Below are positions 1 through 7,795 of a DNA stretch of 29,238 bases, one piece after another (the stretch's first letter is position 1; every line of letters starts with the position of its first letter). The stretch comes from Thiohalobacteraceae bacterium (lineage in GTDB: Bacteria > Pseudomonadota > Gammaproteobacteria > Thiohalobacterales > Thiohalobacteraceae), in NCBI GenBank assembly GCA_041675685.1, contig JBAYTM010000001.1:1-29238 (forward strand), given 5' to 3'. The notes beneath the pieces were generated by a model that saw nothing but the letters and a program-made list of their open reading frames with translations, did no database searches and was not told where the DNA came from. Position numbers and translations under genes: made by a program.

Positions 1-336
1 AAGCAGCCGCACCACTTCGATTCCTGGCCTTACGGAGTAACGCCCGACATCACCTTCTCTGCGGTGTTCGGGCGCGAGATTACCGTCAAGTCCGGCAAGA
101 CCATGACCACCGATCCGACACTGTTGCAGGCCCTGCAGGCGAACGGCGGGAGCGTCAACGCCGCCGCGCGCCATGCCGTGGCCGCCTATCTGAACGGGGC
201 CTCGACCGGCGTGGATTATGACCTCACCTCGGCCGACGTGGTGGCGATCTTCCAGGCGAACTACCCGGATGGCGAGTTGGAAGATATGAAAGACGGCTTC
301 GAAAAACTCAACGAGCAGGGCTGCCCGCTGAACTGA
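1..336 (+). CDS. 3' end of a gene truncated by the window edge; conserved-looking C-terminal domain of unknown function, probably from a secreted or surface protein
   Basis: Frame 1 is open from base 1 (KQPHHFDSWPYGVTPDITFSAVFG...TLLQALQANGGSVNAAARHAVAAYLN...NEQGCPLN) to TGA at 334-336 and is followed by a terminator. The pattern resembles WK..H..SW / AL.RHAVAALLN / NE.GCPL motifs that I recall from uncharacterised exported proteins. Confidence 0.65.
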   Translation, partial: KQPHHFDSWPYGVTPDITFSAVFGREITVKSGKTMTTDPTLLQALQANGGSVNAAARHAVAAYLNGASTGVDYDLTSADVVAIFQANYPDGELEDMKDGFEKLNEQGCPLN

Positions 337-387
337 CAGAACAATAAGAAATAACAAGGCCGGCGTCGCGTCGGCATGGCACTCACT

Positions 388-420
388 AAGGCCCGAGTCG
401 CAAGCTCGGGCCTTTGTTTA
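388..420 (+). terminator. Rho-independent terminator
   Basis: AAGGCCCGAG (388-397), 7-nt loop, CTCGGGCCTT (405-414), then TGTTTA; lies between convergent genes. Confidence 0.7.
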
Positions 421-456
421 TCCAGATGTACTCAGAGCTCGAACAAGGCGCGGCAG

Positions 457-1104
457 TCAGCGCTCGCCTGCAAGCAACCGGGGCACGGCCTTCAGATCCT
501 CGATCATCTGCTCCAACGCCCGCTGCCGCTGGTCCTTACCACGCTGGCGGAGCACGGCCGACGGATGGGCTGTCGCGAGCACATGCGGCGCAAAACTGCT
601 ACTCAGCACGCGCCCGTGCTCGCGGGTGACACTGAAGTCGCGGCCGAGGAGCGCCTGCGCCGCCGTGGCGCCCAGGCATACCAGCACATCTGGACGCACG
701 GTTTCGATCTCTTTCTCGAGCCAGGGCAGGCAGGCCGCGATCTCACGCGCGCCGGGCTTTTTATGCATCCGCCGCTTGCCCTTCATGGTGAATTTGAAAT
801 GCTTGACCACGTTGGTGACATAGGTCTCGTCGCGGACAATCCCCGCCGCCACCAGCGCTTCATCCAGCACGCGCCCCGCCGGACCGACGAACGGTCGCCC
901 CTGAAGGTCTTCGTCGTTGCCGGGTTGTTCGCCGACCAGGATGACGCGCGCGTGTCGTGAACCGGCCCCGAACACGGTCTGGGTCGCGTCCCGATACAGC
1001 GGACAACCGCGGCAATCGCGGGCCGCCTCGCGCAGCGAGGTCATCGTGGCATGCGCGGGAAGAAACTGGATCGCGCTTACTTCCGCCTCGCTCGTGCTGC
1101 CCAT
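457..1104 (-). CDS. udgX: UdgX-type uracil-DNA binding protein (family 4 UDG-like, Fe-S)
   Basis: CRGC, KHFKF and AACLPWL cluster-ligand motifs, GEQPG motif A, HPSAVL motif B, and an R-loop KRRMH matching the UdgX KRRIH signature. Confidence 0.9.
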   Translation of the reverse strand: MGSTSEAEVSAIQFLPAHATMTSLREAARDCRGCPLYRDATQTVFGAGSRHARVILVGEQPGNDEDLQGRPFVGPAGRVLDEALVAAGIVRDETYVTNVVKHFKFTMKGKRRMHKKPGAREIAACLPWLEKEIETVRPDVLVCLGATAAQALLGRDFSVTREHGRVLSSSFAPHVLATAHPSAVLRQRGKDQRQRALEQMIEDLKAVPRLLAGER

Positions 1105-1222
1105 GCAGACCAGTGTAGGCGAGGCTCCGGGGCGCGGTCCCTGCGCAGGCGTAGCCAGCGCCCAGCGGTCACGCGGGTACCGAGCCGACCGGGTCGGCCG
1201 GTGGGTCTGTCTCCGTATTCGC

Positions 1223-2419
1223 TCAGCGATCGTATTGCGGCGTCGATCTGATGCGGTGAATACTGAGATCCGCGCCCTGGAACTCCTCCTCCTGGGACAG
1301 CCGCAGGCCGGTGATTAATTTAAGCCCGCCATACACGGCGAACCCGCCGATCAGCGCGACGGCTATCGCCAGCAGGGTGCCGACAACCTGCGCACCCAGA
1401 CTGACGCCGCCCAGCCCTCCGAGCGCCTGCGTGCCGAAGATGCCGGCCGCGAGCGCGCCCCAGGCGCCACAAATACCATGCAACGGCCACACGCCGAGCA
1501 CGTCGTCGATGCGCCAGCGGTTTTGTGCCAGCGTGAAGGTCCAGACGAAAAGCCCCCCGGCAACGGCGCCTGTGACCAGTGCGCCCAGCGGGTGCATCAG
1601 ATCCGAGCCTGCACAAATGGCGACCAGGCCGGCCAGTGGCCCGTTGTGCACGAAACCCGGGTCGCTGCGCCCGGCGAACAGGGCAGCGAGGACGCCACCG
1701 ACCATCGCCATCAGGGAATTGATCGCGACCAGGCCACTGATGCCTTCGATCTCCTGCGCGGACATCACGTTGAAACCGAACCAGCCCACGGTCAGTATCC
1801 AGGCACCAAGCGCCAGAAACGGGATGTTGGACGGTGGGTGCGCAAAGACGGCGCCGTCCTGACCGTAGCGCCCGTGACGCGGCCCGAGCAGCAGGATGGC
1901 CGCGAGCGCGATCCAGCCGCCCATGGCGTGCACCACGGCGGAGCCGGCGAAATCGTGGAAGGCTACACCGAACTGGCCCTCGATCCAGTCCTGAACGCCG
2001 AACAGCCCGTTCCAAATCATGCCTTCATAACTGGGGTACACCAGCGCGACCAGGACGAAGGTTGCGACGAGCTGCGGATAAAACCGCGCACGCTCTGCGA
2101 TTCCACCGGAGATGATGGCCGGAATCGCCGCCGCGAAGGTCACCAGAAAGAAGAACTTGACCAGATCGTAGCCGTTGCGCGCGGTGAGGCCGTCGGCGCC
2201 TTGCAGGAAGTCGATGCCGTAGGCGATACCGTAGCCGATGAAGAAATACGCGATGGTGGACGTCGCAAAGTCGCAGATGATCTTGACCAGCGCATTCACT
2301 TGGTTCTTCTCGCGGACCGTCCCCAGCTCCAGAAAGGCAAAGCCCGCGTGCATTGCCAGCACCATAATGGCGCCGAGAAGGATGAAAAGTACGTCGGTAC
2401 CTGCCTGCACTGCTTCCAT
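1223..2419 (-). CDS. amt: Ammonium transporter (Amt family)
   Basis: 398-aa polytopic membrane protein with HAGFAFLE, DFAGSAVVH, WFGFN, WPLHG (twin His) and C-terminal LRLSQEEEFQGAD motifs. Confidence 0.95.
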   Translation of the reverse strand: MEAVQAGTDVLFILLGAIMVLAMHAGFAFLELGTVREKNQVNALVKIICDFATSTIAYFFIGYGIAYGIDFLQGADGLTARNGYDLVKFFFLVTFAAAIPAIISGGIAERARFYPQLVATFVLVALVYPSYEGMIWNGLFGVQDWIEGQFGVAFHDFAGSAVVHAMGGWIALAAILLLGPRHGRYGQDGAVFAHPPSNIPFLALGAWILTVGWFGFNVMSAQEIEGISGLVAINSLMAMVGGVLAALFAGRSDPGFVHNGPLAGLVAICAGSDLMHPLGALVTGAVAGGLFVWTFTLAQNRWRIDDVLGVWPLHGICGAWGALAAGIFGTQALGGLGGVSLGAQVVGTLLAIAVALIGGFAVYGGLKLITGLRLSQEEEFQGADLSIHRIRSTPQYDR

Positions 2420-2465
2420 AACGCCCCCCGATGAGCTTCGGATCGTTCAGTTTGGCGCGGAGCGA

Positions 2466-2481
2466 AGCAGGAAGCGTGCCT
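2466..2481 (-). promoter_or_regulatory. Candidate sigma54 (-24/-12) promoter of amt
   Basis: Minus strand reads AGGCACGCTTCCTGCT, i.e. GG-N10-GC, against consensus TGGCACG-N4-TTGCW; about 47 bp upstream of the amt ATG. Confidence 0.6.
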
Positions 2482-2499
2482 CGCAACTGTCTCCCGTGT

Positions 2500-2512
2500 A
2501 TTCAAGCGGTTG
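2500..2512. promoter_or_regulatory. Candidate IHF site
   Basis: ATTCAAGCGGTTG matches WATCAANNNNTTR at 8/9 defined positions and lies between the sigma54 box and the NtrC-like sites. Confidence 0.4.
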
Positions 2513-2544
2513 AGGAAAATCCCGCTGCCGGGCCAGGGGCTGCA

Positions 2545-2592
2545 TGCTCCGTATAAGTGCAGGTTGTCGACAAGGCGCGCCTTGTTGGTGCG
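2545..2592. promoter_or_regulatory. Pair of NtrC-like enhancer sites
   Basis: TGCTCC-N5-AGTGCA (2545-2561, 10/12) and CGCGCC-N5-GGTGCG (2576-2592, 9/12) against TGCACC-N5-GGTGCA; centres are 31 bp apart. Confidence 0.55.
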
Positions 2593-2647
2593 ATAGCAAC
2601 GAGCGTTCGAGCCCCATGAGCGGGACCGCGGGGTGCAGATACGGGGC

Positions 2648-2682
2648 AAAAAAATACCGGTGGACGGGGGGCGTCCACCGGT
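2648..2682 (-). terminator. Rho-independent terminator downstream of mazG
   Basis: 11-bp stem ACCGGTGGACG/CGTCCACCGGT (2656-2682) followed on the minus strand by A and T7. Confidence 0.75.
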
Positions 2683-2799
2683 CGAAGGGGACCTGATGCG
2701 GTCCCCGCCGGAGAAAATGAACAAGCGCGACTCACTATCCGGGTTTTCGTCGGCCCGGCTGTGAACTGCGACACAAAACCCCAGCCTGTCGGAAGTCGC

Positions 2800-3594
2800 C
2801 TACAGGCCGTTCCGTTTGGCCGCTTCCCAGAGCTTGTCCAGCGCTGCGCTGTCCGCAGGCTGGGCGGTCTCCTCGATGGACGCGGCGACCCGATTGGCCC
2901 GCGCAGCGAATCGGCTGTTCGCGCCGCGCAGCGCGGCTTCGGCGTCGACCCCCAGGTGGCGCGCCAGATTCACGCAGCTGAACAGCAGATCGCCGACCTC
3001 TGCAGCCTGGGCCTCCGGCGTCCCGGTGTCCCGGGCGGCGCGAAGTTCCGCGAGCTCCTCCCCGATCTTCGCCATGGGGCCTTCTGCATCGGGCCAGTCG
3101 AGGCCGATTTTTGCGGCGCGCCGCTGCAACTTGGCCGCGCGCACCAGCGCCGGCAAGGCGAGCGGGACGCCGTCCATGAGGCCGGAACGTCCCTGTTCGA
3201 CACGCTCGGCGTGCTTGTGCGCCTCCCAGGCGAGCGACTGCGCCTCGACATCGGCCACCTCGGCGTCACCGAACACGTGCGGATGCCGGCGTTCGAGTTT
3301 GTCGCCGATCGCCGTCGCGACCGCGGCGAAGTCGAACCAACCGCGCTCTTCGCCCATGCGCGCATGGAACACCACTTGGAACAACAGATCGCCCAACTCG
3401 TCGCGCAGTTCGTCAGGCCGGCCGCGTTCGATGGCGTCGGCGACTTCATAGGCCTCTTCCAGCGTGAAGGGCGCGATACTGCGGAAGTCCTGCGCCAGGT
3501 CCCAGGGACAACCGCCGTCGGGATTTCGCAAGCGGCGCATGATTTTCAGCAAACGCTCTAGCGCGTGCGCGGCGTTCTGATCGGTATCGGACAT
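2800..3594 (-). CDS. mazG: Nucleoside triphosphate pyrophosphohydrolase MazG (two-domain), 264 aa
   Basis: LR.PDGGCPWD, LEEAYEVADAI, ELGDLLFQVVFH, RRHPHVF and second-domain EELAEL/EVGDLLF. Start trimmed from the 400-aa ORF to ATG 3594 (MSDTDQ...). Confidence 0.93.
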   Translation of the reverse strand: MSDTDQNAAHALERLLKIMRRLRNPDGGCPWDLAQDFRSIAPFTLEEAYEVADAIERGRPDELRDELGDLLFQVVFHARMGEERGWFDFAAVATAIGDKLERRHPHVFGDAEVADVEAQSLAWEAHKHAERVEQGRSGLMDGVPLALPALVRAAKLQRRAAKIGLDWPDAEGPMAKIGEELAELRAARDTGTPEAQAAEVGDLLFSCVNLARHLGVDAEAALRGANSRFAARANRVAASIEETAQPADSAALDKLWEAAKRNGL

Positions 3595-3692
3595 GAGGAG
3601 ACACCCGAGGTTCGGTAAAGAATATTGACCGGGATGCAGTTTACCTCTTGCGGCCGAAGGCGCAGCCTTCGTGACTTTCTCGCGGCGAGAAA

Positions 3693-4895
3693 TTACGCGG
3701 CCTGGGATTGAGCTCCCGGGTGCAGGCTCAGTTGCATCCTCGCGAGGTCCAGGCGAAGCACGGCGCGCTTGAGAAACTCCAAGGCGAGCAGACCGCCGAT
3801 GCGAAAACCATAGCGGCGTTCCAACGGAAACGCCGGACTGATGACCGCGCGTGCCGAGGCCTTGTGCAGATCGCCAAGTTTCAGGGTATCGATATCCGCC
3901 GTCGCCAGCGCGACCTGGCCGGCCCCGCCATACCCGAGCGCCGCACCTTGCGGCGCTTGGACCAACTGCGCCACGGCGGCCGTCGAGCCGGGTACCAGAC
4001 AATCGAAACCCGTCATGCCGGTATCGAGAAACCAGAGGTTCGGCTGTTCGTTGATTTCACCCCAGGCCAGCAGTTGCCGGCCACCGCCCAGCCAGCAGGG
4101 CGTCGGCGCCGCCAGCGGTTCGGGGTCGCGGAACAGGCGCAGCCATCCGGCCGGCATGTCGAGTTCGACACCGAAGCGGCTCAGCACGCCGAGACCGAGG
4201 ATGCCGTCCAGACCGTGCGGCTCGAAGAAGCCGGCCAATGCGCCGCCGAGATCCATGACCTGCACCGGCAGGTCGGCGATTTCCATACCGCCGAGCGCCA
4301 AGCAATTCAGCCGGCTGTATTCGATCAGCGCATCGCGTCCGTCTGCGCAACTCACCTGCCCCGGCCAGCCGCGCGGCAGCCCGATGCGCTGCGCCAGGGC
4401 GGTATCCAGCACCGTGTCCCAGGCGCCGGTATCGAACGCGAACAACGCCTCTTCGACACCGTTGACCTGTACCCGCACCAGCGGCAGCGGGTCACGGGCG
4501 AGAAACTCCAATTCGGACTCCGCGGGCCCCGGAAGCAGTCGGTACGGCTCGCGGTCGCGGAATGCGGCGAGATGCTGCGCCAGCGCGGGATCGCCGAGAC
4601 CGGCATAGCAGGCCGCCGCCTCGGGATAGCGACGCGCTCGGTAGTAGGTCTCTGCCAACAGCGACTCCGCGTCTCCGCCCGCCGCCTGGGCGCGGTGAAA
4701 CCAATCGAGGGCGTCGTCCAGCCGACCCTCCAACAGACCGATCTGGCCGAGCCGCATAGGGATGCGGTAATCGCCCCGTGCAAGCTCTGCCATCTCTCCG
4801 TAATTTTTTCCGGCCTCGCTGAACCGGCCGGCGACGAACAAACCTTCCGCGTGCTGCAGACGTTCGCTGTTGGATCCACTCTGGAGATCAGGCAT
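3693..4895 (-). CDS. TPR-containing protein with two retropepsin-like aspartyl protease domains, 400 aa
   Basis: N-terminal helical TPR-like repeats, then FDTGA...GILG and LDTGM...GLLA. Start ATG 4895 is preceded by AAGGAG; no signal peptide seen. Confidence 0.8.
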   Translation of the reverse strand: MPDLQSGSNSERLQHAEGLFVAGRFSEAGKNYGEMAELARGDYRIPMRLGQIGLLEGRLDDALDWFHRAQAAGGDAESLLAETYYRARRYPEAAACYAGLGDPALAQHLAAFRDREPYRLLPGPAESELEFLARDPLPLVRVQVNGVEEALFAFDTGAWDTVLDTALAQRIGLPRGWPGQVSCADGRDALIEYSRLNCLALGGMEIADLPVQVMDLGGALAGFFEPHGLDGILGLGVLSRFGVELDMPAGWLRLFRDPEPLAAPTPCWLGGGRQLLAWGEINEQPNLWFLDTGMTGFDCLVPGSTAAVAQLVQAPQGAALGYGGAGQVALATADIDTLKLGDLHKASARAVISPAFPLERRYGFRIGGLLALEFLKRAVLRLDLARMQLSLHPGAQSQAA

Positions 4896-5106
4896 GCGCA
4901 CTCCTTGTTGGAAAGGATGTCGGTCATCCATGCAAATTATCAGCCACCTGCGTGAAAACGTGCCTCGGCTAGGCCCTTAGGACCGGATTCAAGCGCAGGG
5001 TATCAGGCGACGCAGCGAGGCATGGGTGGCAAATTTTCCGCATCGTGAATCGGATGCAATGGCTTTGGGTATCCGTCCGGCTGCGCCCGCATAGCGGCTC
5101 GATTCG

Positions 5107-5136
5107 AAAAAAAAGGCCCTGACTTGCGTCAGGGCC
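5107..5136 (-). terminator. Rho-independent terminator of fbp
   Basis: Minus strand GGCCCTGAC-GCAA-GTCAGGGCC followed by T8. Confidence 0.85.
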
Positions 5137-5164
5137 CTCCAGATCGAAGATGCACTGCAGAGAA

Positions 5165-6196
5165 TCAGGCGACGGCCTGTTTGCCGGCCTCCAAGTGATA
5201 CTGCACCACGCGTTCGACTTCGTTCTTCGAGCCCAGCACCACCGGTACGCGCTGGTGCAACCCCTCGGGCTGCAACGCCATAATGCGCTCGCTGCCGGTA
5301 CTGCTCGCGCCACCGGCCTGCTCGACGATAAAGCTCATCGGATTGGCCTCGTACATCAAACGCAATTTGCCGGTCTGGCCTTTGGCCGCGAGCTTGCTAT
5401 CCAGCGGATACATGAAAATGCCCCCGCGGGTCAGGATGCGATGCACCTCGGCGACCATCGATGCGACCCAGCGCATGTTGAAATCCTTATTGCGCGGACC
5501 TTCTTTGCCGGCGATACATTCGTCGACATAACGCTTGATCGGCTGGTCCCAGAAGCGCTGATTGGACATGTTGATGGCGAATTCCTGCGTCTCCGCCGGA
5601 ATCTTCATATCCGGATGGCTGAGGATGAATTCGCCGATGGACCGGTCCAGCGTAAAGCCGTTCACGCCGTGACCGGAGGTCAACACCAGCATGGTGGTCG
5701 GCCCGTAGATGGCATAGCCCGCGCAGACCTGGCGCGTTCCTTCCTGCAAAAAGTCTTCGATCTTCGGCTCGTGCACGCCGTCTGGGCAGCGCAGGATGGA
5801 GAAGATGGTGCCGACCGAAACGTTGACGTCGATGTTCGAGGAGCCGTCGAGCGGATCGAACAGGATGAGATATTTCCCTTTCGGGTACATCGCGGGAATC
5901 GGCAACGGATCGTCCATCTCCTCCGATGCCATACCCGCCAAGTGGCCGGTCCACTCCAGGGAATTGATCATCACGTCATTGGAGATGATGTCGAGTTTCT
6001 TCTGCGTCTCGCCCTGCACATTCTCGGTATCGGCGGAACCGAGAATACCGATCAGGCCGCCACGGTTTACCGCGCAGGCGATCTTTTTGCAGGCGGTCAG
6101 GACATCGTTGAGCAGGGAAGTGAAATCGCCGGTGGCGCCCGGAATGCGGCGCTGCTCTTCGATGATGAACTGCGTTAAGGTGATGCCGTGATCCAT
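5165..6196 (-). CDS. fbp: Class 1 fructose-1,6-bisphosphatase
   Basis: [37 protein letters not shown] motifs; GAGGA RBS. Confidence 0.97.
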   Translation of the reverse strand: MDHGITLTQFIIEEQRRIPGATGDFTSLLNDVLTACKKIACAVNRGGLIGILGSADTENVQGETQKKLDIISNDVMINSLEWTGHLAGMASEEMDDPLPIPAMYPKGKYLILFDPLDGSSNIDVNVSVGTIFSILRCPDGVHEPKIEDFLQEGTRQVCAGYAIYGPTTMLVLTSGHGVNGFTLDRSIGEFILSHPDMKIPAETQEFAINMSNQRFWDQPIKRYVDECIAGKEGPRNKDFNMRWVASMVAEVHRILTRGGIFMYPLDSKLAAKGQTGKLRLMYEANPMSFIVEQAGGASSTGSERIMALQPEGLHQRVPVVLGSKNEVERVVQYHLEAGKQAVA

Positions 6197-6374
6197 TTCC
6201 GATCCTCGAGGTGGCTGGGTTTTGAATTGAGTCGATGGCGCGGTCGCGCCGTGCGGGCAAGCGAACCGCCGCTCCAGAATCTGAGTAAGCCCGAACCGCG
6301 CGAGCTATCCTTCTTGAGCGTCCCCGGCCGGCCGCCTACTGCGCGAGATAATCCGCCGGTTCAATGGGTTGCGG

Positions 6375-6398
6375 ATTATATCAGAATATTATGATATA
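6375..6398. promoter_or_regulatory. Overlapping divergent promoter elements with a 22-bp palindrome
   Basis: Minus strand TGA-TATAAT (extended -10, 6383-6375) faces fbp; plus strand TATGAT (6390-6395) faces the methyltransferase gene; inverted repeat TATATCA-N8-TGATATA at 6377-6398. Confidence 0.5.
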
Positions 6399-6444
6399 GC
6401 GAGAGCCTTGGGCCGCTGCCGAGCAGGGCGGAGGGCTTAGCCGA

Positions 6445-7110
6445 ATGATCGTGGAATTCCTTCGGGGAGAGTTGCTGCTGCTGGGTTTGGCCTGGACGGC
6501 CTATTTTGCGCTGCATTCCTGGCTCGCGTCGCTCGGGGTCAAGGCCTGGTTCGCGCGGCGCTGGCCACAGCAGCAGACCCGCTACCGACTGGGCTACAAC
6601 CTGCTCGCCATTCTGCTGTTGATACCCTTGCTCCTGGCCACCGAGCTCGCGTCGGAGCGTTGGTTGTGGCGTTGGGAGGGGGCTGGGGCCTGGGTCGCGC
6701 ATGCCGCTGCGCTGCTGGCGCTGATCGGTTTCGTCTGGAGCAGCCGCGCCTACGACATGCGGGAATTTCTAGGGGTGGCGCCTAAACGCCCGACGGCCAA
6801 GCCGCGGCTGGGGCTGTCCTTTCTGCACCGCTTCGTCCGTCATCCCTGGTATCTGCTGGGACTGCTGTGGCTGTGGACGCGCGATATGGACAGCGCCCGC
6901 CTGGTCGCAGCGCTAGTGGTCACCGGCTATCTATGGCTTGGCTCGCGCCTGGAAGAACGCAAACTGCTGGAAGAGCTTGGCCCCGCCTACCGCCACTATT
7001 GCGCACGCGTGCCGGGCCTGCTGCCGCGGCCCTGGCGTTATCTTTCGCGTGCGGAGTGGATTCGCATGAACGCGGATCAGAGTCCGCCGTCGAGCGCCTC
7101 GATGACCTGA
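6445..7110 (+). CDS. Isoprenylcysteine carboxylmethyltransferase (ICMT/NnrU/nurim/MddA-like) family membrane methyltransferase
   Basis: Several TM helices; HSWLAS, FVRHPWY and LEERKL...AYRHYCARVPGLLP motifs. Its 3' end overlaps the 3' end of rsd by 34 bp. Confidence 0.8.
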   Translation: MIVEFLRGELLLLGLAWTAYFALHSWLASLGVKAWFARRWPQQQTRYRLGYNLLAILLLIPLLLATELASERWLWRWEGAGAWVAHAAALLALIGFVWSSRAYDMREFLGVAPKRPTAKPRLGLSFLHRFVRHPWYLLGLLWLWTRDMDSARLVAALVVTGYLWLGSRLEERKLLEELGPAYRHYCARVPGLLPRPWRYLSRAEWIRMNADQSPPSSASMT

Positions 7111-7529
7111 TCTTCGAGCTGGATGCGGTCAGCCAACAGTTCCCCGAGTTGCGACAGATCGTCGGCAAGCTTTTCGATGCGGGTCGCCAGCGGCGCAACG
7201 TCGTACCGATCATTGAAATCGAGAATCGCGTCGGTGCTCGCCGAGATCTGCGGATACACCTGTTCGGCAAGGCTCAACACCGCTTGACGCCGTTCTTTGT
7301 TCTCGACGATATAGCGATAGAGCTGGAAGTGCGCACTGGCCGCATAGTCGACCAGGGCCTGGCAAAAGCGCCGCACCATCTCCTCGGTCTGTTCGCCGGC
7401 CTGATAGGGGCGGTTGCTGGCCAGGTCGGAATACAACGCGAGCGTCTCGTTGCGTGACGTTACGAGACTGGCCATGCGCTCTTTGGATCGGGCGCGGCGA
7501 TCGTTCTTGACGGGTTGTTGGAGTGCCAT
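7077..7529 (-). CDS. rsd: Rsd/AlgQ family anti-sigma70 factor
   Basis: 150 aa, helical, with FCQALVDYAASAHFQLY and LSQLGELLADRIQLEDQVI motifs. Confidence 0.85.
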   Translation of the reverse strand: MALQQPVKNDRRARSKERMASLVTSRNETLALYSDLASNRPYQAGEQTEEMVRRFCQALVDYAASAHFQLYRYIVENKERRQAVLSLAEQVYPQISASTDAILDFNDRYDVAPLATRIEKLADDLSQLGELLADRIQLEDQVIEALDGGL

Positions 7530-7795
7530 GCGCTGTTATTCCTCTCTGTCGTTATCTTGCGCGGTGACGGTCCGGACATGCGCCGCGAATCGCGATCGCC
7601 GCCTGGCCTTCGCCGCGGTATCCCCACGGTCGCCAGTATAGGATCAACGTCGTAAACCTGTCTCAGCCCGACGCGAGCCACTGGCGAGTCCGGATAGAAT
7701 ACGGGACAATTCGCTGAACCGTATAGCCTTTTTTTATGCGGGCCCGGAAATTGCTTGACCACAAAAATAATCAAGAAATCCCCTGGGAGGGATCC

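Noticed and set aside
2800-4002. N-terminally extended ORF calls (2800-4002, 10797-12566, 15547-16206, 19321-20262, 22099-23421, 23954-24967, 28604-29086)
   Set aside because: The extensions overlap other genes or repeats and look non-coding; starts were trimmed to where homology or an RBS begins.
2800-4895. mazG plus protease as an anti-phage system
   Set aside because: This is the full two-domain housekeeping MazG, with no defence-island or mobile context; only adjacency supports the idea.
3708-6178. Long antisense ORFs (e.g. 3708-4955 +, 5150-6178 +; likewise 1478-2434 +, 16698-18092 -, 24622-25620 +)
   Set aside because: Shadow frames of well-supported genes in high-GC DNA; they carry no recognisable motifs.
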